A DNA stretch of 64,000 nt from Auanema rhodensis (Eukaryota > Animalia > Nematoda): contig OZ059900.1 of the NCBI GenBank assembly GCA_964057225.1, positions 21,576,001 to 21,640,000 on the forward strand, written 5' to 3'. The first letter of the stretch is position 1, and each line of letters starts with the position of its first letter. A model generated the notes under the pieces. That model was not told the DNA's origin. It did no database searches and worked only from the letters and a program-made list of their open reading frames with translations. Positions 41,801 through 54,300 of this stretch are shown in pieces. The translations under genes were made by a program, and so were the position numbers.

Positions 41801-44800
41801 CATATTCTGAGGGCACGCCTCTTATGGCTAATATTGATTAAATCGATTTTTGTTCATATGAGTCGTCAAATGCAACGAATTTCAGCGTGTTACATACTAA
41901 AATGAAACATTTTACATGCTGAACACTATAAAAATACAAAAACACAGTATTTCCCATGAGAAATATTTTATTATGCTGGAAAACCAGTTTTTGGAAATTT
42001 CGCTGTAAACAAGGTTTTGACTTACGATTTCATGTGTTCAAACTCATGCAATGTCAATGAAACCTAGCTCAAAATTGTTCCTACAACGTCTAGTTCCACT
42101 TTCACGACAAAAAAACAGGGGTTAGAAAATTAAGGAAATTAGCATATTCTGAGGGCACGCCCCTTATGGCTAATATTGATTAAATCGATTTTTGTTCATA
42201 TGAGTCGTCAAATGAAACGAATTTCAGCGTGTTACATACTAAAATGAAGCATTTCACATGCTGAACACTAGAAAAATACAAAAACACAGTATTTCCCATG
42301 AGAAATATTTTATTATGCTGGAAAACCAGTTTTTTGGAAATTTCGCTGTAAACAAGGTTTTGACTTACAATTTCATGTGTTCAAACTCATGCAATGTCAA
42401 TGAAACCTAGCTCAAAATTGTTCCTACAACGTCTAGTTCCACTTTCACGACAACAAAACAGGGGTTAGAAAATTAAGGAAATTAGCATATTCTGAGGGCA
42501 CGCCCCTTATGGCTAATATTGATTAAATCGATTTTTGTTCATATGAGTCGTCAAATGCAACGAATTTCAGCGTGTTACATACTAAAATGAAGCATTTCAC
42601 ATGCTGAACACTAGAAAAATACAAAAACACAGTATTTCCCATGAGAAATATTTTATTATGCTGGAAAACCAGTTTTTGGAAATTTCGCTGTAAACAAGGT
42701 TTTGACTTACGATTTCATGTGTTCAAACTCATGCAATGTCAATGAAACCTAGCTCAAAATTGTTATTACAACGTCTAGTTCCACTTTCACGACAAAAAAA
42801 CAGGGGTTAGAAAATTAAGGAAATTAGCATATTCTGAGGGCACGCCTCTTATGGCTAATATTGATTAAATCGATTTTTGTTCATATGAGTCGTCAAATGC
42901 AACGAATTTCAGCGTGTTACATACTAAAATGAAGCATTTTACATGCTGAACACTATAAAAATACAAAAACACAGTATTTCCCATGAGAAATATTTTATTA
43001 TGCTGGAAAACCAGTTTTTGGAAATTTCGCTGTAAACAAGGTTTTGACTTACGATTTCATGTGTTCAAACTCATGCAATGTCAATGAAACCTAGCTCAAA
43101 ATTGTTCCTACAACGTCTAGTTCCACTTTCACGACAAAAAAACAGTGGTTAGAAAATTAGATAATTAGCATATTCTGAGGGCACGCCCCTTATGGCTAAT
43201 ATTGATTAAATCGATTTTTGTTCATATGAGTCGTCAAATGCAACGAATTTCAGCTTGTTACATACTAAAATGAAACATTTTACATGCTGAACACTATAAA
43301 AATACAAAAACACAGTATTTCCCATGAGAAATATTTTATTATGCTGGAAAACCAGTTTTTGGAAATTTCGCTGTAAACAAGGTTTTGACTTACGATTTCA
43401 TGTGTTCAAACTCATGCAATGTCAATGAAACCTAGCTCAAAATTGTTCGTACAACGTCTAGTTCCACTTTCACGACAAAAAAACAGGGGTTAGAAAATTA
43501 AGGAAATTAGCATATTCTGAGGGCACGCCCCTTATGGCTAATATTGATTAAATCGATTTTTGTTCATATGAGTCGTCAAATGCAACGAATTTCAGCGTGT
43601 TACATACTAAAATGAAGCATTTTACATGCTGAACACTAGAAAAATACAAAAACACAGTATTTCTCATGAGAAATATTTTATTATGCTGGAAAACCAGTTT
43701 TTGGAAATTTCGCTGTAAACAAGGTTTTGACTTACGATTTCATGTGTTCAAACTCATGCAATGTCAATAAAACCTAGCTCAAAATTGTTCGTAAACGTCT
43801 AGTTCCACTTTCACGACAAAAAAACAGGGGTTAGAAAATTAGATAATTAGCATATTCTGAGGGCACGCCCCTTATGGCTAATATTGATTAAATCGATTTT
43901 TGTTCATATGAGTCGTCAAATGCAACGAATTTCAGCGTGTTACATACTAAAATGAAGCATTTTACATGCTGAACACTATAAAAATACAAAAACACAGTAT
44001 TTCCCATGAGAAATATTTTATTATGCTGGAAAACCAGTTTTTGGAAATTTCGCGGTAAACAAGGTTTTGACTTACGATTTCATGTGTTCAAACTCATGCA
44101 ATGTCAATGAAACCTAGCTCAAAATTGTTCCTACAACGTCTAGTTCCACTTTCACGACAAAAAACAGGGGTTAGAAAATTAAGGAAATTAGCATATTCTG
44201 AGGGCACGCCCCTTATGGCTAATATTGATTAAATCGATTTTTGTTCATATGAGTCGTCAAATGCAACGAATTTCAGCGTGTTACATACTAAAATGAAGCA
44301 TTTTACATGCTGAACACTAGAAAACTACAAAAACACAGTATTTCCCATGAGAAATATTTTATTATGCTGGAAAACCAGTTTTTGGAAATTTCGCTGTAAA
44401 CAAGGTTTTGACTTACGATTTCATGTGTTCAAACTCATGCAATGTCAATGAAACCTAGCTCAAAATTGTTCGTACAACGTCTAGTTCCACTTTCACGACA
44501 AAAAAACAGGGGTTAGAAAATTAAGGAAATTAGCATATTCTGAGGGCACGCCCCTTATGGCTAATATTGATTAAATCGATTTTTGTTCATATGAGTCGTC
44601 AAATGCAATTAATTTCAGCGTGTTACATACTAAAATGAAGCATTTTACATGCTGAACACTAAAAAAATACAAAAACACAGTATTTCCCTTGAGAAATATT
44701 TTATTATGCTGGAAAACGAGTTTTTGGAAATTTCGCTGTAAACAAGGTTTTGACTTACGATTTCATGTGTTCAAACTCATGCAATGTCAATGAAACCTAG

Positions 44801-46000
44801 CTCAAAATTGTTCCTACAACGTCTAGTTCCACTTTCACGACAAAAAAAGAGGGGTTAGAAAATTAAGGAAATTAGCATATTCTGAGGGCACGCCCTTTAT
44901 GGCTAATATTGATTAAATCGATTTTTGTTCATATGAGTCGTCAAATGCAACGAATTTCAGCGTGTTACATACTAAAATGAAGCATTTCACATGCTGAACA
45001 CTAGAAAAATACAAAAACACAGTATTTCCCATGAGAAATATTTTATTATGCTGGAAAACCAGTTTTTGGAAATTTCGCTGTAAACAAGGTTTTGACTTAC
45101 GATTTCATGTGTTCAAACTCATGCAATGTCAATGAAACCTAGCTCAAAATTGTTCGTACAACGTCTAGTTCCACTTTCACGACAAAAAAACAGGGGTTAG
45201 AAAATTAAGGAAATTAGCATATTCTGAGGGCACGCCCCTTATGGCTAATATTGATTAAATCGATTTTTGTTCATATGAGTCGTCAAATGCAACGAATTTC
45301 AGCGTGTTACATACTAAAATGAAGCATTTTACATGCTGAACACTAGAAAAATACAAAAACACAGTATTTCTCATGAGAAATATTTTATTATGCTGGAAAA
45401 CCAGTTTTTGGAAATTTCGCTGTAAACAAGGTTTTGACTTACGATTTCATGTGTTCAAACTCATGCAATGTCAATAAAACCTAGCTCAAAATTGTTCGTA
45501 CAACGTCTAGTTCCACTTTCACGACAAAAAAACAGGGGTTAGAAAATTAAGGAAATTAGCATATTCTGAGGGCACGCCCCTTATGGCTAATATTGATTAA
45601 ATCGATTTTTGTTCATATGAGTCGTCAAATGCAACGAATTTCAGCGTGTTACATACTAAAATGAAGCATTTTACATGCTGAACACTATAAAAATACAAAA
45701 ACACAGTATTTCCCATGAGAAATATTTTATTATGCTGGAAAACCAGTTTTTGGAAATTTCGCTGTAAACAAGGTTTTGACTTACGATTTCATGTGTTCAA
45801 ACTCATGCAATGTCAATGAAACCTAGCTCAAAATTGTTCCTACAACGTCTAGTTCCACTTTCACGACAAAAAACAGGGGTTAGAAAATTAAGGAAATTAG
45901 CATATTCTGAGGGCACGCCCCTTATGGCTAATATTGATTAAATCGATTTTTGTTCATATGAGTCGTCAAATGCAACGAATTTCAGCGTGTTACATACTAA

Positions 46001-46084
46001 AATGAAATTTCCAGCATAATAAAATATTTCTCATGGGAAATACTGTGTTTTTGTATTTTTCTAGTGTTCAGCATGTGAAATGCT
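46001..46084. other. Inversion junction (array polarity switch); 77-bp spacer (46007-46083) of a giant convergent inverted repeat
   Basis: The junction reads ...TACTAAAATGAA|A|TTTCCAGCATAAT... The forward arm ends at monomer position 211 (46006). The reverse arm starts at monomer position 287 (46008) and reaches position 211 at 46084. Confidence 0.97.
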
Positions 46085-46594
46085 TCATTTTAGTATGTAA
46101 CACGCTGAAATTCGTTGCATTTGACGACTCATATGAACAAAAATCGATTTAATCAATATTAGCCATAAGGGGCGTGCCCTCAGAATATGCTAATTTCCTT
46201 AATTTTCTAACCCCTGTTTTGTTGTCGTGAAAGTGGAACTAGACGTTGTAGGAACAATTTTGAGCTAGGTTTCATTGACATTGCATGAGTTTGAACACAT
46301 GAAATCGTAAGTCAAAACCTTGTTTACAGCGAAATTTCCAAAAACTGGTTTTCCAGCATAATAAAATATTTCTCATGGGAAATACTGTGTTTTTGTATTT
46401 TAATAGTGTTCAGCATGTAAAATGCTTCATTTTAGTCTGTAACACGCTGAAATTCGTTGCATTTGACGACTCATATGAACAAAAATCGATTTAATCAATA
46501 TTAGCCATAAGGGGCGTGCCCTCAGAATATGCTAATTTCCTTAATTTTCTAACCCCTGTTTTTTTGTCGTGAAAGTGGAACTAGACGTTGTACG

Positions 46595-49500
46595 AACAAT
46601 TTTGAGCTAGGTTTCATTGACATTGCATGAGTTTGAACACATGAAATCGTAAGTCAAAACCTTGTTTACAGCGAAATTTCCAAAAACTGGTTTTCCAGCA
46701 TAATAAAATATTTCTCATGGGAAATACTGTGTTTTTGTATTTTTATAGTGTTCAGCATGTAAAATGTTTCATTTTAGTATGTAACACGCTGAAATTCGTT
46801 GCATTTGACGACTCATATGAACAAAAATCGATTTAATCAATATTAGCCATAAAGGGCGTGCCCTCAGAATATGCTAATTTCCTTAATTTTCTAACCCCTC
46901 TTTTTTTGTCGTGAAAGTGGAACTAGACGTTGTAGGAACAATTTTGAGCTAGGTTTCATTGACATTGCATGAGTTTGAACACATGAAATCGTAAGTCAAA
47001 ACCTTGTTTACAGCGAAATTTCCAAAAACTCGTTTTCCAGCATAATAAAATATTTCTCATGGGAAATACTGTGTTTTTGTATTTTTTTAGTGTTCAGCAT
47101 GTAAAATGCTTCATTTTAGTATGTAACACGCTGAAATTAATTGCATTTGACGACTCATATGAACAAAAATCGATTTAATCAATATTAGCCATAAGGGGCG
47201 TGCCCTCAGAATATGCTAATTTCCTTAATTTTCTAACCCCTGTTGTTTTGTCGTGAAAGTGGAACTAGACGTTGTACGAACAATTTTGAGCTAGGTTTCA
47301 TTGACATTGCAGGAGTTTGAACACATGAAATCGTAAGTCAAAACCTTGTTTACAGCGAAATTTCCAAAAACTGGTTTTCCAGCATAATAAAATATTTCTC
47401 ATGGGAAATACTGTGTTTTTGTATTTTTCTAGTGTTCAGCATGTGAAATGCTTCATTTTAGTATGTAACACGCTGAAATTCGTTGCATTTGACGACTCAT
47501 ATGAACAAAAATCGATTTAATCAATATTAGCCATAAGGGGCGTGCCCTCAGAATATGCTAATTTCCTTAATTTTCTAACCCCTGTTTTGTTGTCGTGAAA
47601 GTGGAACTAGACGTTGTAGGAACAATTTTGAGCTAGGTTTCATTGACATTGCATGAGTTTGAACACATGAAATCGTAAGTCAAAACCTTGTTTACAGCGA
47701 AATTTCCAAAAACTGGTTTTCCAGCATAATAAAATATTTCTCATGGGAAATACTGTGTTTTTGTATTTTTATAGTGTTCAGCATGTAAAATGCTTCATTT
47801 TAGTATGTAACACGCTGAAATTTGTTGCATTTGACGACTCATATGAACAAAAATCGATTTAATCAATATTAGCCATAAGAGGCGTGCCCTCAGAATATGC
47901 TAATTTCCTTAATTTTCTAACCCCTGTTTTTTTGTCGTGAAAGTGGAACTAGACGTTGTAGGAACAATTTTGAGCTAGGTTTCATTGACATTGCATGAGT
48001 TTGAACACATGAAATCGTAAGTCAAAACCTTGTTTACAGCGAAATTTCCAAAAACTGGTTTTCCAGCATAATAAAATATTTCTCATGGGAAATACTGTGT
48101 TTTTGTATTTTTCTAGTGTTCAGCATGTGAAATGCTTCATTTTAGTATGTAACACGCTGAAATTCGTTGCATTTGACGACTCATATGAACAAAAATCGAT
48201 TTAATCAATATTAGCCATAAGGGGCGTGCCCTCAGAATATGCTAATTTCCTTAATTTTCTAACCCCTGTTTTGTTGTCGTGAAAGTGGAACTAGACGTTG
48301 TAGGAACAATTTTGAGCTAGGTTTCATTGACATTGCATGAGTTTGAACACATGAAATCGTAAGTCAAAACCTTGTTTACAGCGAAATTTCCAAAAACTGG
48401 TTTTCCAGCATAATAAAATATTTCTCATGGGAAATACTGTGTTTTTGTATTTTTATAGTGTTCAGCATGTAAAATGTTTCATTTTAGTATGTAACACGCT
48501 GAAATTCGTTGCATTTGACGACTCATATGAACAAAAATCGATTTAATCAATATTAGCCATAAAGGGCGTGCCCTCAGAATATGCTAATTTCCTTAATTTT
48601 CTAACCCCTCTTTTTTTGTCGTGAAAGTGGAACTAGACGTTGTAGGAACAATTTTGAGCTAGGTTTCATTGACATTGCATGAGTTTGAACACATGAAATC
48701 GTAAGTCAAAACCTTGTTTACAGCGAAATTTCCAAAAACTCGTTTTCCAGCATAATAAAATATTTCTCATGGGAAATACTGTGTTTTTGTATTTTTTTAG
48801 TGTTCAGCATGTAAAATGCTTCATTTTAGTATGTAACACGCTGAAATTAATTGCATTTGACGACTCATATGAACAAAAATCGATTTAATCAATATTAGCC
48901 ATAAGGGGCGTGCCCTCAGAATATGCTAATTTCCTTAATTTTCTAACCCCTGTTGTTTTGTCGTGAAAGTGGAACTAGACGTTGTACGAACAATTTTGAG
49001 CTAGGTTTCATTGACATTGCAGGAGTTTGAACACATGAAATCGTAAGTCAAAACCTTGTTTACAGCGAAATTTCCAAAAACTGGTTTTCCAGCATAATAA
49101 AATATTTCTCATGGGAAATACTGTGTTTTTGTATTTTTCTAGTGTTCAGCATGTGAAATGCTTCATTTTAGTATGTAACACGCTGAAATTCGTTGCATTT
49201 GACGACTCATATGAACAAAAATCGATTTAATCAATATTAGCCATAAGGGGCGTGCCCTCAGAATATGCTAATTTCCTTAATTTTCTAACCCCTGTTTTGT
49301 TGTCGTGAAAGTGGAACTAGACGTTGTAGGAACAATTTTGAGCTAGGTTTCATTGACATTGCATGAGTTTGAACACATGAAATCGTAAGTCAAAACCTTG
49401 TTTACAGCGAAATTTCCAAAAACTGGTTTTCCAGCATAATAAAATATTTCTCATGGGAAATACTGTGTTTTTGTATTTTTATAGTGTTCAGCATGTAAAA

Positions 49501-50164
49501 TGCTTCATTTTAGTATGTAACACGCTGAAATTTGTTGCATTTGACGACTCATATGAACAAAAATCGATTTAATCAATATTAGCCATAAGAGGCGTGCCCT
49601 CAGAATATGCTAATTTCCTTAATTTTCTAACCCCTGTTTTTTTGTCGTGAAAGTGGAACTAGACGTTGTAGGAACAATTTTGAGCTAGGTTTCATTGACA
49701 TTGCATGAGTTTGAACACATGAAATCGTAAGTCAAAACCTTGTTTACAGCGAAATTTCCAAAAACTGGTTTTCCAGCATAATAAAATATTTCTCATGGGA
49801 AATACTGTGTTTTTGTATTTTTCTAGTGTTCAGCATGTGAAATGCTTCATTTTAGTATGTAACACGCTGAAATTCGTTGCATTTGACGACTCATATGAAC
49901 AAAAATCGATTTAATCAATATTAGCCATAAGGGGCGTGCCCTCAGAATATGCTAATTTCCTTAATTTTCTAACCCCTGTTTTGTTGTCGTGAAAGTGGAA
50001 CTAGACGTTGTAGGAACAATTTTGAGCTAGGTTTCATTGACATTGCATGAGTTTGAACACATGAAATCGTAAGTCAAAACCTTGTTTACAGCGAAATTTC
50101 CAAAAACTGGTTTTCCAGCATAATAAAATATTTCTCATGGGAAATACTGTGTTTTTGTATTTTT
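46595..50164 (-). repeat. 5-mer higher-order tandem duplication (1710-bp unit, about 2 copies) in the inverted arm
   Basis: CCCCTCTTT at 46900/48610, AGGAGTTTG at 47311/49021 and TTTGTTGCAT at 47821/49531 are all 1710 bp apart. Confidence 0.92.
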
Positions 50165-51369
50165 CTAGTGTTCAGCATGTAAAATGCTTCATTTTAGTAT
50201 GTAACACGATGAAATTCGTTGCATTTGACGACTCATATGAACAAAAATCGATTTAATCAATATTAGCCATAAGGGGCGTGCCCTCAGAATATGCTAATTT
50301 CCTTAATTTTCTAACCCCTGTTTTTTGTCGTGAAAGTGGAACTAGACGTTGTAGGAACAATTTTGAGCTAGGTTTCATTGACATTGCATGAGTTTGAACA
50401 CATGAAATCGTAAGTCAAAACCTTGTTTACAGCGAAATTTCCAAAAACTCGTTTTCCAGCATAATAAAATATTTCTCATGGGAAATACTGTGTTTTTGTA
50501 TTTTTTTAGTGTTCAGCATGTAAAATGCTTCATTTTAGTATGTAACACGCTGAAATTAATTGCATTTGACGACTCATATGAACAAAAATCGATTTAATCA
50601 ATATTAGCCATAAGGGGCGTGCCCTCAGAATATGCTAATTTCCTTAATTTTCTAACCCCTGTTTTTTTGTCGTGAAAGTGGAACTAGACGTTGTACGAAC
50701 AATTTTGAGCTAGGTTTCATTGACATTGCATGAGTTTGAACACATGAAATCGTAAGTCAAAACCTTGTTTACAGCGAACTTTCCAAAAACTGGTTTTCCA
50801 GTATAATAAAATATTTCTCATGGGAAATACTGTGTTTTTGTATTTTTCTAGTGTTCAGCATGTGAAATGCTTCATTTTAGTATGTAACACGCTGAAATTC
50901 GTTGCATTTGACGACTCATATGAACAAAAATCGATTTAATCAATATTAGCCATAAGGGGCGTGCCCTCAGAATATGCTAATTTCCTTAATTTTCTAACCC
51001 CTGTTTTGTTGTCGTGAAAGTGGAACTAGACGTTGTAGGAACAATTTTGAGCTAGGTTTCATTGACATTGCATGAGTTTGAACACATGAAATCGTAAGTC
51101 AAAACCTTGTTTACAGCGAAATTTCCAAAAACTGGTTTTCCAGCATAATAAAATATTTCTCATGGGAAATACTGTGTTTTTGTATTTTTCTAGTGTTCAG
51201 CATGTAAAATGCTTCATTTTAGTTTGTAACACGCTGAAATTCGTTGCATTTGACGACTCATATGAACAAAAATCGATTTAATCAATATTAGCCATAAGGG
51301 GCGTGCCCTCAGAATATGCTAATTTCCTTAATTTTCTAACCCCTGTTTTTTTGTCGTGAAAGTGGAACT

Positions 51370-54300
51370 AGACGTTGTATTAACAATTTTGAGCTAGGTT
51401 TCATTGACATTGCATGAGTTTGAACACATGAAATCGTAAGTCAAAACCTTGTTTACAGCGAAATTTCCAAAAACTGGTTTTCCAGCATAATAAAATATTT
51501 CTCATGGGAAATACTGTGTTTTTGTATTTTTCTAGTGTTCAGCATGTAAAATGCTTCATTTTAGTATGTAACACGCTGAAATTCGTTGCATTTGACGACT
51601 CATATGAACAAAAATCGATTTAATCAATATTAGCCATAAAGGGCGTGCCCTCAGAATATGCTAATTTCCTTAATTTTCTAACCCCTGTTTTTTTGTCGTG
51701 AAAGTGGAACTAGACGTTGTACGAACAATTTTGAGCTAGGTTTCATTGACATTGCATGAGTTTGAACACATGAAATCGTAAGTCAAAACCTTGTTTACAG
51801 CGAAATTTCCAAAAACTGGTTTTCCAGCATAATAAAATATTTCTCATGGGAAATACTGTGTTTTTGTATTTTTCTAGTGTTCAGCATGTAAAATGCTTCA
51901 TTTTAGTATGTAACACGCTGAAATTCGTTGCATTTGACTACTCATATGAACAAAAATCGATTTAATCAATATTAGCCATAAGGGGCGTGCCCTCAGAATA
52001 TGCTAATTTCCTTAATTTTCTAACCCCTATTTTTTTGTCGTGAAAGTGGAACTAGACGTTGTAGGAACAATTTTGAGCTAGGTTTCATTGACATTGCATG
52101 AGTTTGAACACATGAAATCGTAAGTCAAAACCTTGTTTACAGCGAAATTTCCAAAAACTGGTTTTCCAGCATAATAAAATATTTCTCATGGGAAATACTG
52201 TGTTTTTGTATTTTTCTAGTGTTCAGCATGTAAAATGCTTCATTTTAGTATGTAACACGCTGAAATTCGTTGCATTTGACGACTCATATGAACAAAAATC
52301 GATTTAATCAATATTAGCCATAAAGGGCGTGCCCTCAGAATATGCTAATTTCCTTAATTTTCTAAGCCCTGTTTTTTTGTCGTGAAAGTGGAACTAGACG
52401 TTGTATTAACAATTTTGAGCTAGGTTTCATTGACATTGCATGAGTTTGAACACATGAAATCGTAAGTCAAAACCTTGTTTACAGCGAAATTTCCAAAAAC
52501 TGGTTTTCCAGCATAATAAAATATTTCTCATGGGAAATACTGTGTTTTTGTATTTTTCTAGTGTTCAGCATGTAAAATGCTTCATTTTAGTATGTAACAC
52601 GCTGAAATTCGTTGCATTTGACGACTCATATGAACAAAAATCGATTTAATCAATATTAGCCATAAAGGGCGTGCCCTCAGAATATGCTAATTTCCTTAAT
52701 TTTCTAACCCCTGTTTTTTTGTCGTGAAAGTGGAACTAGACGTTGTACGAACAATTTTGAGCTAGGTTTCATTGACATTGCATGAGTTTGAACACATGAA
52801 ATCGTAAGTCAAAACCTTGTTTACAGCGAAATTTCCAAAAACTGGTTTTCCAGCATAATAAAATATTTCTCATGGGAAATACTGTGTTTTTGTATTTTTC
52901 TAGTGTTCAGCATGTAAAATGCTTCATTTTAGTATGTAACACGCTGAAATTCGTTGCATTTGACTACTCATATGAACAAAAATCGATTTAATCAATATTA
53001 GCCATAAGGGGCGTGCCCTCAGAATATGCTAATTTCCTTAATTTTCTAACCCCTATTTTTTTGTCGTGAAAGTGGAACTAGACGTTGTAGGAACAATTTT
53101 GAGCTAGGTTTCATTGACATTGCATGAGTTTGAACACATGAAATCGTAAGTCAAAACCTTGTTTACAGCGAAATTTCCAAAAACTGGTTTTCCAGCATAA
53201 TAAAATATTTCTCATGGGAAATACTGTGTTTTTGTATTTTTCTAGTGTTCAGCATGTAAAATGCTTCATTTTAGTATGTAACACGCTGAAATTCGTTGCA
53301 TTTGACGACTCATATGAACAAAAATCGATTTAATCAATATTAGCCATAAAGGGCGTGCCCTCAGAATATGCTAATTTCCTTAATTTTCTAAGCCCTGTTT
53401 TTTTGTCGTGAAAGTGGAACTAGACGTTGTATTAACAATTTTGAGCTAGGTTTCATTGACATTGCATGAGTTTGAACACATGAAATCGTAAGTCAAAACC
53501 TTGTTTACAGCGAAATTTCCAAAAACTGGTTTTCCAGCATAATAAAATATTTCTCATGGGAAATACTGTGTTTTTGTATTTTTCTAGTGTTCAGCATGTA
53601 AAATGCTTCATTTTAGTATGTAACACGCTGAAATTCGTTGCATTTGACTACTCATATGAACAAAAATCGATTTAATCAATATTAGCCATAAGGGGCGTGC
53701 CCTCAGAATATGCTAATTTCCTTAATTTTCTAACCCCTATTTTTTTGTCGTGAAAGTGGAACTAGACGTTGTAGGAACAATTTTGAGCTAGGTTTCATTG
53801 ACATTGCATGAGTTTGAACACATGAAATCGTAAGTCAAAACCTTGTTTACAGCGAAATTTCCAAAAACTGGTTTTCCAGCATAATAAAATATTTCTCATG
53901 GGAAATACTGTGTTTTTGTATTTTTCTAGTGTTCAGCATGTAAAATGCTTCATTTTAGTATGTAACACGCTGAAATTCGTTGCATTTGACGACTCATATG
54001 AACAAAAATCGATTTAATCAATATTAGCCATAAAGGGCGTGCCCTCAGAATATGCTAATTTCCTTAATTTTCTAAGCCCTGTTTTTTTGTCGTGAAAGTG
54101 GAACTAGACGTTGTATTAACAATTTTGAGCTAGGTTTCATTGACATTGCATGAGTTTGAACACATGAAATCGTAAGTCAAAACCTTGTTTACAGCGAAAT
54201 TTCCAAAAACTGGTTTTCCAGCATAATAAAATATTTCTCATGGGAAATACTGTGTTTTTGTATTTTTCTAGTGTTCAGCATGTAAAATGCTTCATTTTAG

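Larger units (their letters stand above)
1..46006 (+). repeat. 342-bp satellite DNA tandem array, forward-oriented arm (134 full monomers plus a partial one; continues beyond the left edge)
   Basis: TCAAACTCATGCAATGTCAATG recurs at 1, 343, 685 and onward with period 342 (341 in deletion variants). The last monomer starts at 45797 and is truncated at 46006. No non-satellite interruption was seen. Confidence 0.99.

Noticed and set aside
1-46006. Giant repeat-protein ORF (342 = 114 codons)
   Set aside because: All six frames are closed in each monomer. The + strand has TAG at 28-30, TAG at 86-88 and TGA at 21-23. The - strand has stops opposite TCA 1-3, TCA 17-19 and CTA 27-29. Frequent 341-bp units would also frameshift.
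46001-46084. Transposon (MITE/foldback) or site-specific invertible element at the junction
   Set aside because: The spacer is entirely satellite sequence. There is no foreign DNA, target-site duplication, recombinase gene or second junction in the window.
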